Source of the DNA: Acidimicrobiaceae bacterium
GTDB lineage: Bacteria; Actinomycetota; Acidimicrobiia; Acidimicrobiales; Aldehydirespiratoraceae
Assembly (NCBI GenBank): GCA_009845995.1
Contig: VXYK01000004.1
Span: 9,705 to 73,704, forward strand
Direction of reading: 5' to 3'
Length of the DNA: 64,000 nt
Under the pieces are notes generated by a model that made no database searches, was not told where the DNA came from, and saw nothing but the letters and a program-made list of their open reading frames with translations. This document shows, piece by piece, positions 19,216-31,120 of the stretch (its first letter is position 1; every line of letters starts with the position of its first letter). Made by a program: the position numbers and the translations under genes.

Positions 19216-19902
19216 TCATGACTCAGGATCTCCTCGCCAGGGCGGGTTGCGGGGAGCATCGAATTGGACCTTGATATCCTCACCGCGAATCGCCGCAAAA
19301 GCGTGGTCAGCCCACCAGTCGGGATTTACCGTTGCCTCAGGAAGAGCGTCTCTGGCGAAAAACCCGACGTCGAGGCATTCCAGCGGATGCGCACGAAGTT
19401 CACCCCCGATCGCACGGCAATGAAACACCAGCGCCACGAGGGGAATACGGGTGAAAGCACGGCGCTGCCCGTCCAGGATTGATATCGGGCGGATCACTTC
19501 ACACTCGATCCCGGTCTCCTCGTAGACCTCCTTGACCACGATCTCCGCCGGCGAGTATCCGACATCGGCCCAACCCGTCGGGTAGAGCCAAACTCCAGAA
19601 TCAGCCCGCTGAACCATCAGCATCTCGTTGTGCTCGTTGCCGACCACCGCACCAACGGTGATCTTCGGGGTGACGTAACCCGCTACCCCCGAACCGGTCC
19701 GGTCAAGCCACTCCTGTACTTGTTCCTCTGGATGAAATCCACCTTCTACATGGGACCGAATGTCCGCGGCCACCGCGAGCACCTCTTGGTATCGTTCGCG
19801 TTCATAGAGGTTCTCGGTGAACCCCAGACCAGTTCGAGCAGTCGCCGACAATGCCTCTGCCCAACGCAGAAGAACACGCTCATCGGCTCGGCGAACACTC
19901 AT
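19216..19902 (-). CDS. NUDIX hydrolase with Nudix_N domain
   Basis: ARTGLGFTENLYERERY, GYVTPK, GWADVGYSPAEIVVKEVYEETG. Confidence 0.9.
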   Translation of the reverse strand: MSVRRADERVLLRWAEALSATARTGLGFTENLYERERYQEVLAVAADIRSHVEGGFHPEEQVQEWLDRTGSGVAGYVTPKITVGAVVGNEHNEMLMVQRADSGVWLYPTGWADVGYSPAEIVVKEVYEETGIECEVIRPISILDGQRRAFTRIPLVALVFHCRAIGGELRAHPLECLDVGFFARDALPEATVNPDWWADHAFAAIRGEDIKVQFDAPRNPPWRGDPES

Positions 19903-19911
19903 GTGACAACC

Positions 19912-22200
19912 CTACGCGTCTGAGGCGATGGCCGTAAGAACAGCGATTTCGATCTCGCCCAGATAGTTGTCGTCGAGGATCTTCCGGCCATTGGGGCCGC
20001 GCACATAGAAGGAGTCGACAACATCGTCGCCCAACGTCTGCACTTTCGCCGAATAGATGTCGAGGTCCAGATCGTCGAGGGCGCTGGTGATGCGGTACAG
20101 CAACCCGATCGAGTCCGGCCCGCGTACCTCGATCACCGTCGCATCCGACGACAATTCGTTGTCGATTATCACCTCAGGCTCGGAAGGACGAGCCGTCGTC
20201 ACACGCTGGAAACGATATGTGCGTGCTCTTTTGAGCAGCCTCGCTCGCACTGCCAGACCCCCTGCCAATGACAGGCGCACGTCGTCCTGCACGCGCTGGG
20301 GACGCTCATCAAGACCGACACCGCCACCGACGCGCAGAACCTGCAAAGAAAGCGACCCCTCGGTGTGGAGTTGCGCTCCGAGGATCTCAACCCCGTGCAA
20401 CGCCAGCGCACCCGCCACCCTTGAGAAAGCACCCGGACGGTCCGGCGTGATCACTGTCAGTTCATGGCCGTCGAGCTGCACAAGTTCGGTCCCTTCTGCC
20501 AGCAACTCGTAGTGTTTCTCGGTCGGAAACTGCGAAGCGAGCATCGTTCCGCCGGTCTGGAGGAAGTGGGACGTTCTGTTGACCAACTTCTTGACCAGCT
20601 CGGCTTTCCAACCACCCCAAGCAGCCTTGCTTGTCGCAATCGAATCCGCTTCGGTCAACGCTCCGAGCAACTCGAGCGTGCCGACCGAGTCGATCTGCTC
20701 GGCAACGAAGCGGATCGTCTCGGTGGCGTCTAGATCGCGTCGTGATGCCACATCGGGCAGCAACAGATGATGACGGACAAGCATCCCCAACGTCTCGATA
20801 TCGGCCGGGGGGTAACCCATGCGGGTGGCGATGCTTCGGGTCAACCCCACTCCAACCTCGCTGTGGTCCCCGGGGTATCCCTTGCCGATGTCGTGGAACA
20901 GCCCTCCGAGCACCAACAGATCGGGGCGCTCCACACGATCGGCGATAGCGGCAGCTTCAGCCGCCGCTTCAAGCAGATGGCGATCAACCGTATAGCGGTG
21001 GTACACGTTGCGCTGCGGGCGGTTCCGGTTGGGGGTCCACTCCGGGAACAGCCGAGAGATCAGATCAACCTGGTCGAGCGCTTCGATAACTCGGATCGCC
21101 TCGTAGCCGAGAAGCAGGAGATCAACAAAAATCTCGCGTGCCTCGTCGGGCCACTGGTCAGGCATCGGTGGTGTTTCAACCGCCAGGCGGTCGAGCACGT
21201 CACGCTCGATGAACGCGTCCTCGCTCGCAGCAATGTATGCAACTCGCAGTGGCATGACCGGGTCTTGTGAGACCGGAGCATCCTCACCGAAGCGCAGCGT
21301 CTCATCGACGATTTCGATTCCGTGGCCGAACTCTCTCACCCGTGGTCGCCAGCGGCGTCGGGTCGAGCGCACATGGATGCGATGCAGAACGGCATCCATG
21401 ATCCAGGCAACCGAACGCGCCGCCGAAGCTACCGCTGCCATCAATTCATCGGCGTCGGTGTAACCGAGGGCTGCCGATACTTCATCTTGGTCCTGGAGCA
21501 GGAGTTGGTTGCCGGACTGTCCGCTCAGCCTGTGGAGCTCGATCCGTGCCGACAGCAGGATCCGGTGCGGTTCGACCAGCTCGCTGCGTTCTGTTGCTTC
21601 CAGCAAACCCTGCTCTGCCTGATCGATCCAGTGCAGAGAGTCGATGTCGCGTAGTCCTCCCCGAGCCAGTTTCAGATCTGGTTCCAGCAGGAACGCCACC
21701 TCACCGGCCTCATCATGGCGTTCACGGACTGATTCAACGAGAAGACCCAGCATCTTGTCGGCATTGGAACACCACAAGTCACGGGCTTTTTTTGCGAGTT
21801 CGTCCACCAGGCGGGCGTCGCCGCCGATGAGGCGAATGTCGAGCAGAGAAGTGGCTGTGTCGAGGTCGGCAGCTGCCAGGTCGATTGCTTCATCGACGGT
21901 TCGAACGGCATGCCCGAGCTTCATTCCGCTGTCCCAGATCGGGTACCAGATTCGCTCTGCCACTTCAGCCACATGGCCCGAGTCGTTGTGCAGAAGCAGC
22001 AGGTCGAGGTCGCTTCCGATGCTCAGCGAGCCTCGCCCGTAACCGCCCACCGCGGCCAGTGCCACCCCTCGTACTTCTTCCACGCCCTCCACGACAGACT
22101 CCAGCCAGGCATCGATCTCGGCGGTGTAGGCGCGAGACAGTTCGGTGCCCACCAAACTTCGGTCGGCGAGGAGCGCTGAGGTTGCGGGGACTGCGTTCAT
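19912..22200 (-). CDS. glnD: [protein-PII] uridylyl/adenylyltransferase
   Basis: AVGGYGRG...SDLDL, EPDLK..RGGLRD, HRYTVDRH, FHDIGKG, two C-terminal ACT domains (DRPG, DSIGLL...DSFYV). Confidence 0.95.
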   Translation of the reverse strand: MNAVPATSALLADRSLVGTELSRAYTAEIDAWLESVVEGVEEVRGVALAAVGGYGRGSLSIGSDLDLLLLHNDSGHVAEVAERIWYPIWDSGMKLGHAVRTVDEAIDLAAADLDTATSLLDIRLIGGDARLVDELAKKARDLWCSNADKMLGLLVESVRERHDEAGEVAFLLEPDLKLARGGLRDIDSLHWIDQAEQGLLEATERSELVEPHRILLSARIELHRLSGQSGNQLLLQDQDEVSAALGYTDADELMAAVASAARSVAWIMDAVLHRIHVRSTRRRWRPRVREFGHGIEIVDETLRFGEDAPVSQDPVMPLRVAYIAASEDAFIERDVLDRLAVETPPMPDQWPDEAREIFVDLLLLGYEAIRVIEALDQVDLISRLFPEWTPNRNRPQRNVYHRYTVDRHLLEAAAEAAAIADRVERPDLLVLGGLFHDIGKGYPGDHSEVGVGLTRSIATRMGYPPADIETLGMLVRHHLLLPDVASRRDLDATETIRFVAEQIDSVGTLELLGALTEADSIATSKAAWGGWKAELVKKLVNRTSHFLQTGGTMLASQFPTEKHYELLAEGTELVQLDGHELTVITPDRPGAFSRVAGALALHGVEILGAQLHTEGSLSLQVLRVGGGVGLDERPQRVQDDVRLSLAGGLAVRARLLKRARTYRFQRVTTARPSEPEVIIDNELSSDATVIEVRGPDSIGLLYRITSALDDLDLDIYSAKVQTLGDDVVDSFYVRGPNGRKILDDNYLGEIEIAVLTAIASDA

Positions 22201-22233
22201 GCTGCTTTCGACACTCTACCGACGCCGCATATG

Positions 22234-22303
22234 GTTATCAGCAAGGCGTTGTCAGCAAGGTGTTGTCAGTACGGCGTTGTCAGCAAGGTGTTGTCAGTAC
22301 GGC
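22234..22303. repeat. Tandem repeat, 5 x 14 bp (GTTGTCAGYAMGGY-like)
   Basis: gttatcagcaaggc / gttgtcagcaaggt / gttgtcagtacggc / gttgtcagcaaggt / gttgtcagtacggc; the last unit holds the stop codon of the minus-strand methyltransferase. Confidence 0.92.
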
Positions 22304-23043
22304 CAATCACGAGTTCTGTGGCCAAGCAACCGGGTCAGGGGATACAACTTCAGCGTCAAGGCACCCTTGATGAGGACGTTGCGTGCAAACCATCCGAGCT
22401 GAAGTGCCTGGCGCAGTGCGTTCACTGTGGACTCCCGCCCCGACATCGGCTCACGCCGGTACTCGGCCAACGACCCGGAGCGACCCTGATAGCGCCAGGG
22501 GCTGCCCACGAAGGTCGACGTCAACAGGGCCAGCGTCACGCCGATTGAACTGAACGAATCATGGATCAGCATGGTGCCGCCGTCGGCTACTTGATCGCCC
22601 CAAGCGACGATGTCCTGGCGCGCCGGTCCGAAGCGGTGTGCGCCGTCGATGTAGAGAAGGTCGATGTCTCCGTCGACGTCACCCAGCGCATCGCCGGACG
22701 TCTTGCGAATGTGGGTCACGCGGTCGGCTACGCCGGCACGGGTGAGGTTGTCGGTGTAGCTGTAGTAGTCGCTGTCTCCGAGATATTGATTCGGAGCGAT
22801 TTCCTGTGGCCCGCGATCACCCCCGGCATGGGGATCAATGGACACGATCCCAACTCCAACAGGCGCAGCACTGGCGAGAACGATCAACGACCGACCACGA
22901 AAACTGCCTATTTCGACGAGCTGAGCGTCTTCTCGCAGCTCAGAGGCCCGGTCATAGAGCCGCCTGGCTTGATCGTCGGTCAACCAGCCTTCGACGTCCG
23001 CGATTTGGTCTAGCACTTCACCGAAGGTCTTACGGACAAACAC
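22294..23043 (-). CDS. Class I SAM methyltransferase, Methyltransf_24 type
   Basis: VEGWLT, VEIGSFRGRS, IDPHAG, LYIDGAH, IHD; start (GTG ~23043) approximate. Confidence 0.88.
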   Translation of the reverse strand: MFVRKTFGEVLDQIADVEGWLTDDQARRLYDRASELREDAQLVEIGSFRGRSLIVLASAAPVGVGIVSIDPHAGGDRGPQEIAPNQYLGDSDYYSYTDNLTRAGVADRVTHIRKTSGDALGDVDGDIDLLYIDGAHRFGPARQDIVAWGDQVADGGTMLIHDSFSSIGVTLALLTSTFVGSPWRYQGRSGSLAEYRREPMSGRESTVNALRQALQLGWFARNVLIKGALTLKLYPLTRLLGHRTRDWPY

Positions 23044-23118
23044 CACGAACGAGCCTACCGGCCTCCTCGCGGCGCTGGCCGCAGCCCACCAGCGGCAGCG
23101 GCCGATACTGTTAGTGGC

Positions 23119-25275
23119 ATGACGGCAATACCCGCCGGCCGACGTGGTGCCGCCCACCGGGCGCGTGGTACCGCCCACCGGGCGCGCATCGGGGCCGACG
23201 TCGGGGGGACGTTCACCGATATTGTCGTCCAAACCGTCGACGGGACACTTCACTCAACCAAAGTCCTGACCACTTACGATGCCCCTGAGCAGGGGATTCT
23301 GGCAGGAATCGAGCAACTCGGCCGGTCCACGGGCATAGATCTTCGCGATGTCGATCAGATCATCCACGGAACGACGTTGGCCACCAACGCCCTGATCGAA
23401 CGACGCGGGGCCAAGACCGCTCTGGTCACCACAGCAGGGTTCCGCGACGTGATCGAGACCCGCACCGAAAGCCGATTCGAGCAGTACGACCTCAACATCG
23501 TGCTGCCGGAACCTCTCATTGAGCGCAAGGATCGATACGTCATCACCGAACGACTCAACGCCCGCGGCGAAGTGCTTGTCGATTTCGATGAATCCGGGGC
23601 GAGGTCTCTCATCGAGCATCTCGGCGCGCAGGGATACGAATCTGTGGCAGTCGGCTTCTTGCACAGCTACCGAAACGGCGTCCACGAACGGCGATTTCGG
23701 AGCCTGTTGAAAGAGGTTCTCAGCGATGTCTCGGTCTCGATCAGCAGCGAAGTCTCCCCGCAGATGCGCGAATATGAACGCTTCAACACAGTTTGCGCAA
23801 ACGCATACGTGCAACCGCTGATGGCTTCATATCTGCTGCGGTTGAGAGACCAACTGGGCGCTATCGGTGTCGGCTGTCCGTTGTATCTGATCCATTCCGG
23901 CGGTGGCCTCATGAGCGTCGACAGCGCGGCCGAGTTTCCGGTGCGGCTGATCGAGTCGGGACCCGCGGGCGGCGCTATCTTCGCCGCTGATCTTGCCGCC
24001 CGTTACGGACGCGACCGGGTCCTCTCCTACGACATGGGTGGAACAACCGCCAAAATCTCCCTGATAGAGGACTTCACTCCCCGCACCGCGAAGGTATTCG
24101 AGGTCGACCGTCGGTCTCGATTCAAAAAGGGCAGCGGGATGCCCATCTCCATCCCGGTCATCGAAATGATCGAAATCGGCGCGGGAGGCGGTTCAATTGC
24201 TCGGGTCGACTCCCTTGGACAGATCCGTGTCGGTCCACACAGCTCTGGCAGCGAACCCGGGCCGGCCGCCTACGCTCGCGGTGGTTCCGACCCCACAGTC
24301 ACAGACGCCAATCTCGCGCTCGGTCGCCTGCACCCCGACACTTTCGGGGCGGCCGACATCGACCTGAAACCAACGCTGGCTCACCAGGCCATCTCCGATG
24401 CCGTTGGCGGTCCGCTGGGCCTTGACGCCGACACAGCCGCGATCGGGATCTCCGAGGTGGTCGACGAGAACATGACGAACGCCGCTCGTGTCCACGCGGT
24501 GGAGGGAGGCCGTGACCTCGCCGGATTCACGATGATCGCATTCGGCGGCGCAGCGCCACTCCATGCTTCTCGACTGATCGACAAACTGGGCCTCGACGAA
24601 CTGATCGTTCCGAGCGGAGCTGGAGTCGGCTCGGCGATTGGATTCCTCCGCGCGCCCTTCGCCTACGAGGCGATTCGCAGCTTCTACACAACCACCGACG
24701 ATTTCGACTACGTCGGGGCCAACGAAGTCCTTGCCGAGTTGACAGCCGAGGCCGAGTCGTTTGTGCGAATCGGTACTGCGACCGATCTGTCTGACGAATC
24801 AGAAACCATTGTCGAGCGCCAGGTGTCGATGCGGTATGCGGGGCAGGGCTGGGAGATCCCGGTGCGTCTCGACGACGGTGAATTCGACGAGTTTGCCGCC
24901 GATCTGTTGGCCGGCAAGTTCACCAAGGCCTACCTCGAGTTCTTCGGACGAGCCATCGAGGATTTGACGATCGAAGCGGTCAGCTGGGCAGTGCGGGTGT
25001 CGTCGCGCCAAGAGCCGCCGCCACTGGTCGAGACAATCCCGCAGGGATCGCCGGTCACGTCTGAGACACTGCGTGAGATGTACGACCCCGCACTCGACAC
25101 GCGGGTCACCGCGGGCGTGTTTGAACGCGCACAACTCAACCCGGGCGATCTTGTGATCGGCCCGGCCCTGATCGTCGAGACGCAGACCACCACCGTGCTC
25201 GGCTCTCATCACCGGTGCGTGGTCCAACCCGATGAGTCACTGCGCATCAGCCGAGCCGGACGAGGCTCGCCATGA
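23119..25275 (+). CDS. Hydantoinase/oxoprolinase subunit A family
   Basis: IGADVGGTFTD, HGTTLATNALIER, ESGPAGG, DMGGTTAK, IGAGGGSIA, GGAAPLHA. Confidence 0.95.
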   Translation: MTAIPAGRRGAAHRARGTAHRARIGADVGGTFTDIVVQTVDGTLHSTKVLTTYDAPEQGILAGIEQLGRSTGIDLRDVDQIIHGTTLATNALIERRGAKTALVTTAGFRDVIETRTESRFEQYDLNIVLPEPLIERKDRYVITERLNARGEVLVDFDESGARSLIEHLGAQGYESVAVGFLHSYRNGVHERRFRSLLKEVLSDVSVSISSEVSPQMREYERFNTVCANAYVQPLMASYLLRLRDQLGAIGVGCPLYLIHSGGGLMSVDSAAEFPVRLIESGPAGGAIFAADLAARYGRDRVLSYDMGGTTAKISLIEDFTPRTAKVFEVDRRSRFKKGSGMPISIPVIEMIEIGAGGGSIARVDSLGQIRVGPHSSGSEPGPAAYARGGSDPTVTDANLALGRLHPDTFGAADIDLKPTLAHQAISDAVGGPLGLDADTAAIGISEVVDENMTNAARVHAVEGGRDLAGFTMIAFGGAAPLHASRLIDKLGLDELIVPSGAGVGSAIGFLRAPFAYEAIRSFYTTTDDFDYVGANEVLAELTAEAESFVRIGTATDLSDESETIVERQVSMRYAGQGWEIPVRLDDGEFDEFAADLLAGKFTKAYLEFFGRAIEDLTIEAVSWAVRVSSRQEPPPLVETIPQGSPVTSETLREMYDPALDTRVTAGVFERAQLNPGDLVIGPALIVETQTTTVLGSHHRCVVQPDESLRISRAGRGSP
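23143..23184 (+). repeat. In-frame 21-bp tandem duplication at the N-terminus (RGAAHRA/RGTAHRA)
   Basis: cgtggtgccgcccaccgggcg / cgtggtaccgcccaccgggcg. Confidence 0.85.
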
Positions 25276-26885
25276 GCACCAGCGACTTGCGCAACCAGGT
25301 GATGTGGAATCGACTGATTTCAGTTGTTGAAGAACAGGCGCTGACCCTCGTTCGCACCGCGTTCAGCACGTCAGTTCGCGAGGCAGGCGATCTCTCAGCA
25401 GGGGTTTTCGACAAAAAGGGGCGAATGATCGCTCAAGCTGTTACCGGCACGCCCGGACATGTCAACACGATGGCGGCCGCGCTCAGCCATTTCATCAACG
25501 ACATCGGTCCCGAGCGCATCTTCGAGGGGGATGTGTACATCACAAACGATCCCTGGAAAGGCACCGGACACCTTCACGACATCACCGTCGCAACGCCGGT
25601 CTTCTACAACAACTCCCACGTGGGGTTCTTCGCCTCAACTGCGCATGTAGTCGATATCGGCGGCCGCGGTTACGGACCCGAGGCCAGGGAGGTCTACGAG
25701 GAGGGGATCCGCATCCCCATCCTGAAATGGGTGGAACGTGGGAACCTCAACCGCGATCTTGTCACTGTGGTTGCTCAAAACGTTCGTGAGTCGGACCAGG
25801 TGGTGGGCGACATCTTCGGGCTGGCTGCCTGCAACGAAACTGGTAGACGACGTCTTTGCGCCATGTTCGACGAGTTTGGACTCAGTGACCTTGAGGGTCT
25901 CGCCGAGTTCGTGTTCGATCGCACTCGAGCGGCCACGATTGCGGCGCTCAGGTCTGTCCCTGAAGGCGTCTACACGAACCAGATGACCGTCGACGGCTAC
26001 GATCACACACTCACCCTGTGCGTTTCGGTCACGGTGACCGCCGATGGAATGCACGCCGACTTCACCGGTACGTCTCCGCTCAGCAAATTCGGGGTCAACG
26101 TGCCGCTCACCTACGCCCAGGCGTATTTCACCTACGGGATGCTGGTGGCGCTGGCACCTGAGCTTCCCAACAACTTCGCTTCGCTTGAGCCGTTCACTGT
26201 CAGCGCTCCACCGGGGGTGATCCTCAACGCACAGCACCCTGATCCGGTGGCGGTCCGCCATGTGATCGGACACTTCGTGACTGACTTGTGCCTCGGCGCA
26301 ATCGCCGCGGCGCTGCCTGATCGGATACCCGCCGAAGGTTCGGGAGCGTTGTGGAACTTTCAGGCCAGCGCCCGTTCGGCCGATGTCGATGATCCCAAAC
26401 CTCCTGTTGAGCTGCTGATGTTCAACAGTGGCGGCACCGGAGCTCGCCCGGGCCTTGACGGACTCACTGTCACCGCTTTTCCGTCGGGCGTACGCACGAT
26501 GTCGGTCGAGGCGACCGAGCAGGTCGGGCCGATCATCATCTGGCGCAAGGAGATCCGCAACGACAGCGGCGGTGCCGGGCGACAACGCGGCGGCCTCGGT
26601 CAGATAATCGAAGTCGGTCCGACCGATGGCTACCTCTTTGAGTTCTCGGCGATGTTCGACCGGGTAGCGAACCCAGCACGGGGCCGACACGGCGGAAGCG
26701 ACGGGGCCGGCGGTGCGGTGTACCTCGACGATGGCAGCCCATTCCCAACCAAGGGCAAAGAGACGGTTCCCGCTGACCGCCGCCTGATCCTTGAACTCCC
26801 CGGAGGTGGCGGGTTCGGCGACCCCGCCGAGCGAGACCCCGCAGCTATCGCAAACGACCTGCTCCAGGAGTACGTAACCAGCTGA
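25272..26885 (+). CDS. Hydantoinase B/oxoprolinase family subunit
   Basis: RTAFSTSVREAGD, NDPW.GTGHLHD, HVVDIGG, DSGGAGRQRGG, PGGGGFGDP; ATGA overlap with subunit A. Confidence 0.95.
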   Translation: MSTSDLRNQVMWNRLISVVEEQALTLVRTAFSTSVREAGDLSAGVFDKKGRMIAQAVTGTPGHVNTMAAALSHFINDIGPERIFEGDVYITNDPWKGTGHLHDITVATPVFYNNSHVGFFASTAHVVDIGGRGYGPEAREVYEEGIRIPILKWVERGNLNRDLVTVVAQNVRESDQVVGDIFGLAACNETGRRRLCAMFDEFGLSDLEGLAEFVFDRTRAATIAALRSVPEGVYTNQMTVDGYDHTLTLCVSVTVTADGMHADFTGTSPLSKFGVNVPLTYAQAYFTYGMLVALAPELPNNFASLEPFTVSAPPGVILNAQHPDPVAVRHVIGHFVTDLCLGAIAAALPDRIPAEGSGALWNFQASARSADVDDPKPPVELLMFNSGGTGARPGLDGLTVTAFPSGVRTMSVEATEQVGPIIIWRKEIRNDSGGAGRQRGGLGQIIEVGPTDGYLFEFSAMFDRVANPARGRHGGSDGAGGAVYLDDGSPFPTKGKETVPADRRLILELPGGGGFGDPAERDPAAIANDLLQEYVTS

Positions 26886-27563
26886 TTAGCTGGTGCGTTC
26901 GACTATCTCCACAACAGACCCGACCAGTCCCGTGTAGAAAGGCCCGAACTCGGCGTAGATGGCCGACGCGGTGTCGTAGCGCATCGTGTAGACGGTGTCT
27001 TTGAGGTCATCGAGGTTGGTGCCGAACAGGGTGACCCCCCATTCCCAATCATCGAGTCCGGTCGATGCGGTGATCAACTGAACGATGCGGCCCGCGAACT
27101 TGCGCCCCGATGTGCCGTGCTCATACATGAGTTCCTTGCGCTCATCAAACGGCAGTCGATACCAGTTCTGGTTGTCCTCTCGGCGCTTCGTCATCGGGTA
27201 GAAGCACCAAGCCGACTTCCCCGCCGGCGGCAGTTCTGGATAGAGACGCATGTTTTTCATGTCTTCGCCGAGTCCCAAGGCGTATTCGGAGAGCTCGGTG
27301 ATCGACACGAAGCTGTCGACCACTTCAAGACCAGCATTGGTGAGGGCGGTCTGCAGATCACGCAACTGCCAACCTTCGCGGTGAAGAGCCATGAAGCACA
27401 GTTCCGCCTTGTGGCCGAGCACAGCCACGGTCACAACTTGAACCCCGGCTGCTTGAGCAGCCTCGACGGCAGAGACGATTTCGCCGTCTTCAGCCGAAGC
27501 GGTGCGTTTGCAAAAGAGGTGAACGACCGTGAGGCCTTCGGCTGTGGTCACAGGATCAAGCAT
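26886..27563 (-). CDS. hemQ: Coproheme decarboxylase (chlorite dismutase family, HemQ/ChdC)
   Basis: CFYPMTKRR...NWY.LP..ER..LM.EHG..GR, GLDDWEWGVTLF, MRYD..SA.YAEFGPFYTG. Confidence 0.88.
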   Translation of the reverse strand: MLDPVTTAEGLTVVHLFCKRTASAEDGEIVSAVEAAQAAGVQVVTVAVLGHKAELCFMALHREGWQLRDLQTALTNAGLEVVDSFVSITELSEYALGLGEDMKNMRLYPELPPAGKSAWCFYPMTKRREDNQNWYRLPFDERKELMYEHGTSGRKFAGRIVQLITASTGLDDWEWGVTLFGTNLDDLKDTVYTMRYDTASAIYAEFGPFYTGLVGSVVEIVERTS

Positions 27564-27631
27564 GTCCCCAATGCTACGGGGACCTGTGCTGTCGCGGCTC
27601 AGTCAGTCGTCTGCGGTTGGGAGATGACCGA

Positions 27632-28429
27632 TCAGAGGTCGACGTAAACGGTGAGCGATCCGCCACGAGCGAAGCCTGCGAGTTGCATACCGGCGCGCTC
27701 TGCGGTGGCAACGGCCAGGGCCGTGGGCGCGCTCACCGAAACCAAGGCTCGAAAGCCGGCGGCCCATGCCTTGTGGACCAACTCGAAACTGGCCCTTCCG
27801 CTTACGACCACGGCTGAGCCTTGGGCGGGAATCTGCTCATCAAACAACAGACGGCCCACCACCTTGTCGACAGCATTGTGCCGTCCCACATCCTCGCGAG
27901 TCGTGGTGACGGCTCCGTTCGGGTTGACCACCCCCGCCGCGTGAACTGCTCCCGTCTCGGTGAACAGAGCCTGGTCTTGGAGCATCCGGTCGGGAGCATC
28001 TGCCAGAACCTGCCAATCCAAAGCGGCCCCTGCGACCGGGCTGAGCTTGCTGGCAAGTTCGTCGATCTCGTCTGTGCCACAGAATCCACAAGATGAGGTC
28101 GTGGCGGTCAGTCGTGGTGTGGGAACGGGAGCTTTGCCTCCTGTCGAGACACTCACGACATTGAATTCTGTGGCCAACGCCGAATCCGTCTCGCAATACT
28201 TGACGCTCAACACCGGATTGCCGTCGAGCAGCCCCTCGGTGTGACAGAACCCCGCCGCGAGCTCAAAATCATGACCGGGTGTGCGCATGGTTGTCGCCAC
28301 ACGGACGCCGTCGAGTTCGATCGCCATCGGTTCTTCGGTCGCCAACTCCGCGTTCGACCGCCCATTGCTCAACTGGTTGGGCGACCAGGGCCTGACCAGC
28401 CGATGTTGACTACGCGAGCGAGCACTCAC
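27632..28429 (-). CDS. fdhD: Formate dehydrogenase accessory sulfurtransferase
   Basis: TMRTPGHDFELAAGF, SSCGFCG, TGAVHAA, EDVGRHNAVDK, SGRASFELV. Confidence 0.95.
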   Translation of the reverse strand: MSARSRSQHRLVRPWSPNQLSNGRSNAELATEEPMAIELDGVRVATTMRTPGHDFELAAGFCHTEGLLDGNPVLSVKYCETDSALATEFNVVSVSTGGKAPVPTPRLTATTSSCGFCGTDEIDELASKLSPVAGAALDWQVLADAPDRMLQDQALFTETGAVHAAGVVNPNGAVTTTREDVGRHNAVDKVVGRLLFDEQIPAQGSAVVVSGRASFELVHKAWAAGFRALVSVSAPTALAVATAERAGMQLAGFARGGSLTVYVDL

Positions 28430-28479
28430 GAGTCCACCCTACCGATAGCGCTGGTTCGAGTCAGGCGAGTCCGCACTAC

Positions 28480-28512
28480 CGCTCAGTCTGCGCGCTCAGT
28501 CTGCGCGCTCAG
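28480..28512. repeat. 13-bp tandem repeat (CGCTCAGTCTGCG x2.5) over a stop codon
   Basis: Units at 28480, 28493 and a partial unit at 28506 containing the minus-strand TGA (28509-28511). Confidence 0.85.
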
Positions 28513-29039
28513 GGCGAACCGGGCAGACGGAGGTCCCATGCGCCTCGGCGATCATCGGCACGCGACAGTTCTGCGCGCAGATGGTGCGTGAGCGGCTGTC
28601 CCATTGCGGCCATCCACATCTCTGAAATCAACTTGTCGCCGGAAACCTCCAGTCGACGGCGAACTTCGGTGATGGGTTTCGCCGTGCGAGTCCCCTCCAC
28701 CCGTTCTGTGCGCAGGTCGACTACCAGCGAACCCCCGGTTTCGATGACCGTGCCGGTATGGATCTCCACCACTCCCGTCGGCTGCGTGAGCACCAGTTCC
28801 ATGCCCGAGCGGGGTTGTGGCCGGAGATAGCCGACCTCAGAGTGCAGGGGTGCGTCGCTGAGCGGGTCACGGGTGCGCTGGGTCATCGCCAAAAACGGTT
28901 TGCCGATGTGGGCGAACTCGAGATCTTCGAGATACAAGAAATCAGGGACGGTTGGATAGTGGCCGTCGCCGGTACCTCGCCAAACGCCGATCAAGGGGGC
29001 CAACGCCTCGCATGCCGAATGTAGCTCAGCCCCGCTCAT
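28509..29039 (-). CDS. Nitrobindin/THAP4-like (DUF1794, FABP-like) beta-barrel protein
   Basis: LIGVWRGTGDGHYPT, GKPFL, PLHSEVGYLR, MAAMGQPLTHHLRAEL. Confidence 0.87.
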   Translation of the reverse strand: MSGAELHSACEALAPLIGVWRGTGDGHYPTVPDFLYLEDLEFAHIGKPFLAMTQRTRDPLSDAPLHSEVGYLRPQPRSGMELVLTQPTGVVEIHTGTVIETGGSLVVDLRTERVEGTRTAKPITEVRRRLEVSGDKLISEMWMAAMGQPLTHHLRAELSRADDRRGAWDLRLPGSP

Positions 29040-29067
29040 CGACTACTTCTCCTCTAGGCGTGAGCCG

Positions 29068-30800
<1,733 letters not shown>

Positions 30801-30844
30801 TTCAATCTGGGGGACACCAAAATCGCAACTACCGAGACAGCGAA

Positions 30845-31120
30845 TTATCCGCCTGCGACCGCAGGGACGATGCTCAGGGTTTCTCCCGTTGTCACTTCTG
30901 TGGAGAGGCCATTGAGAAACCGTACGTCGTCGTCGCTGACGAAGAGGTTCACGAAACGGCGCAACTCACCGGCGTCGTCGAGAATGCGCTCTTTGAACCC
31001 TGGATGTGAGTCTTCGAGATTGTTGATCACCGCAGCGACCGTGCTGCCTTCAACCGCGACTTCGGATTCGCCGGCCGTTAAGGCTCGCAGCGTGGCTGGG
31101 ACTCGAACAATGACGCTCAT
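30845..31120 (-). CDS. MoaD/ThiS/CysO ubiquitin-like sulfur carrier
   Basis: VRVPATLR, LRRFVNLFV..DDVRFL, C-terminal AVAGG. Confidence 0.92.
   Translation of the reverse strand: MSVIVRVPATLRALTAGESEVAVEGSTVAAVINNLEDSHPGFKERILDDAGELRRFVNLFVSDDDVRFLNGLSTEVTTGETLSIVPAVAGG

Noticed and set aside
22234-22303. Possible mini-CRISPR array
   Set aside because: Units are 14 bp and contiguous with no unique spacers; no cas genes in the window
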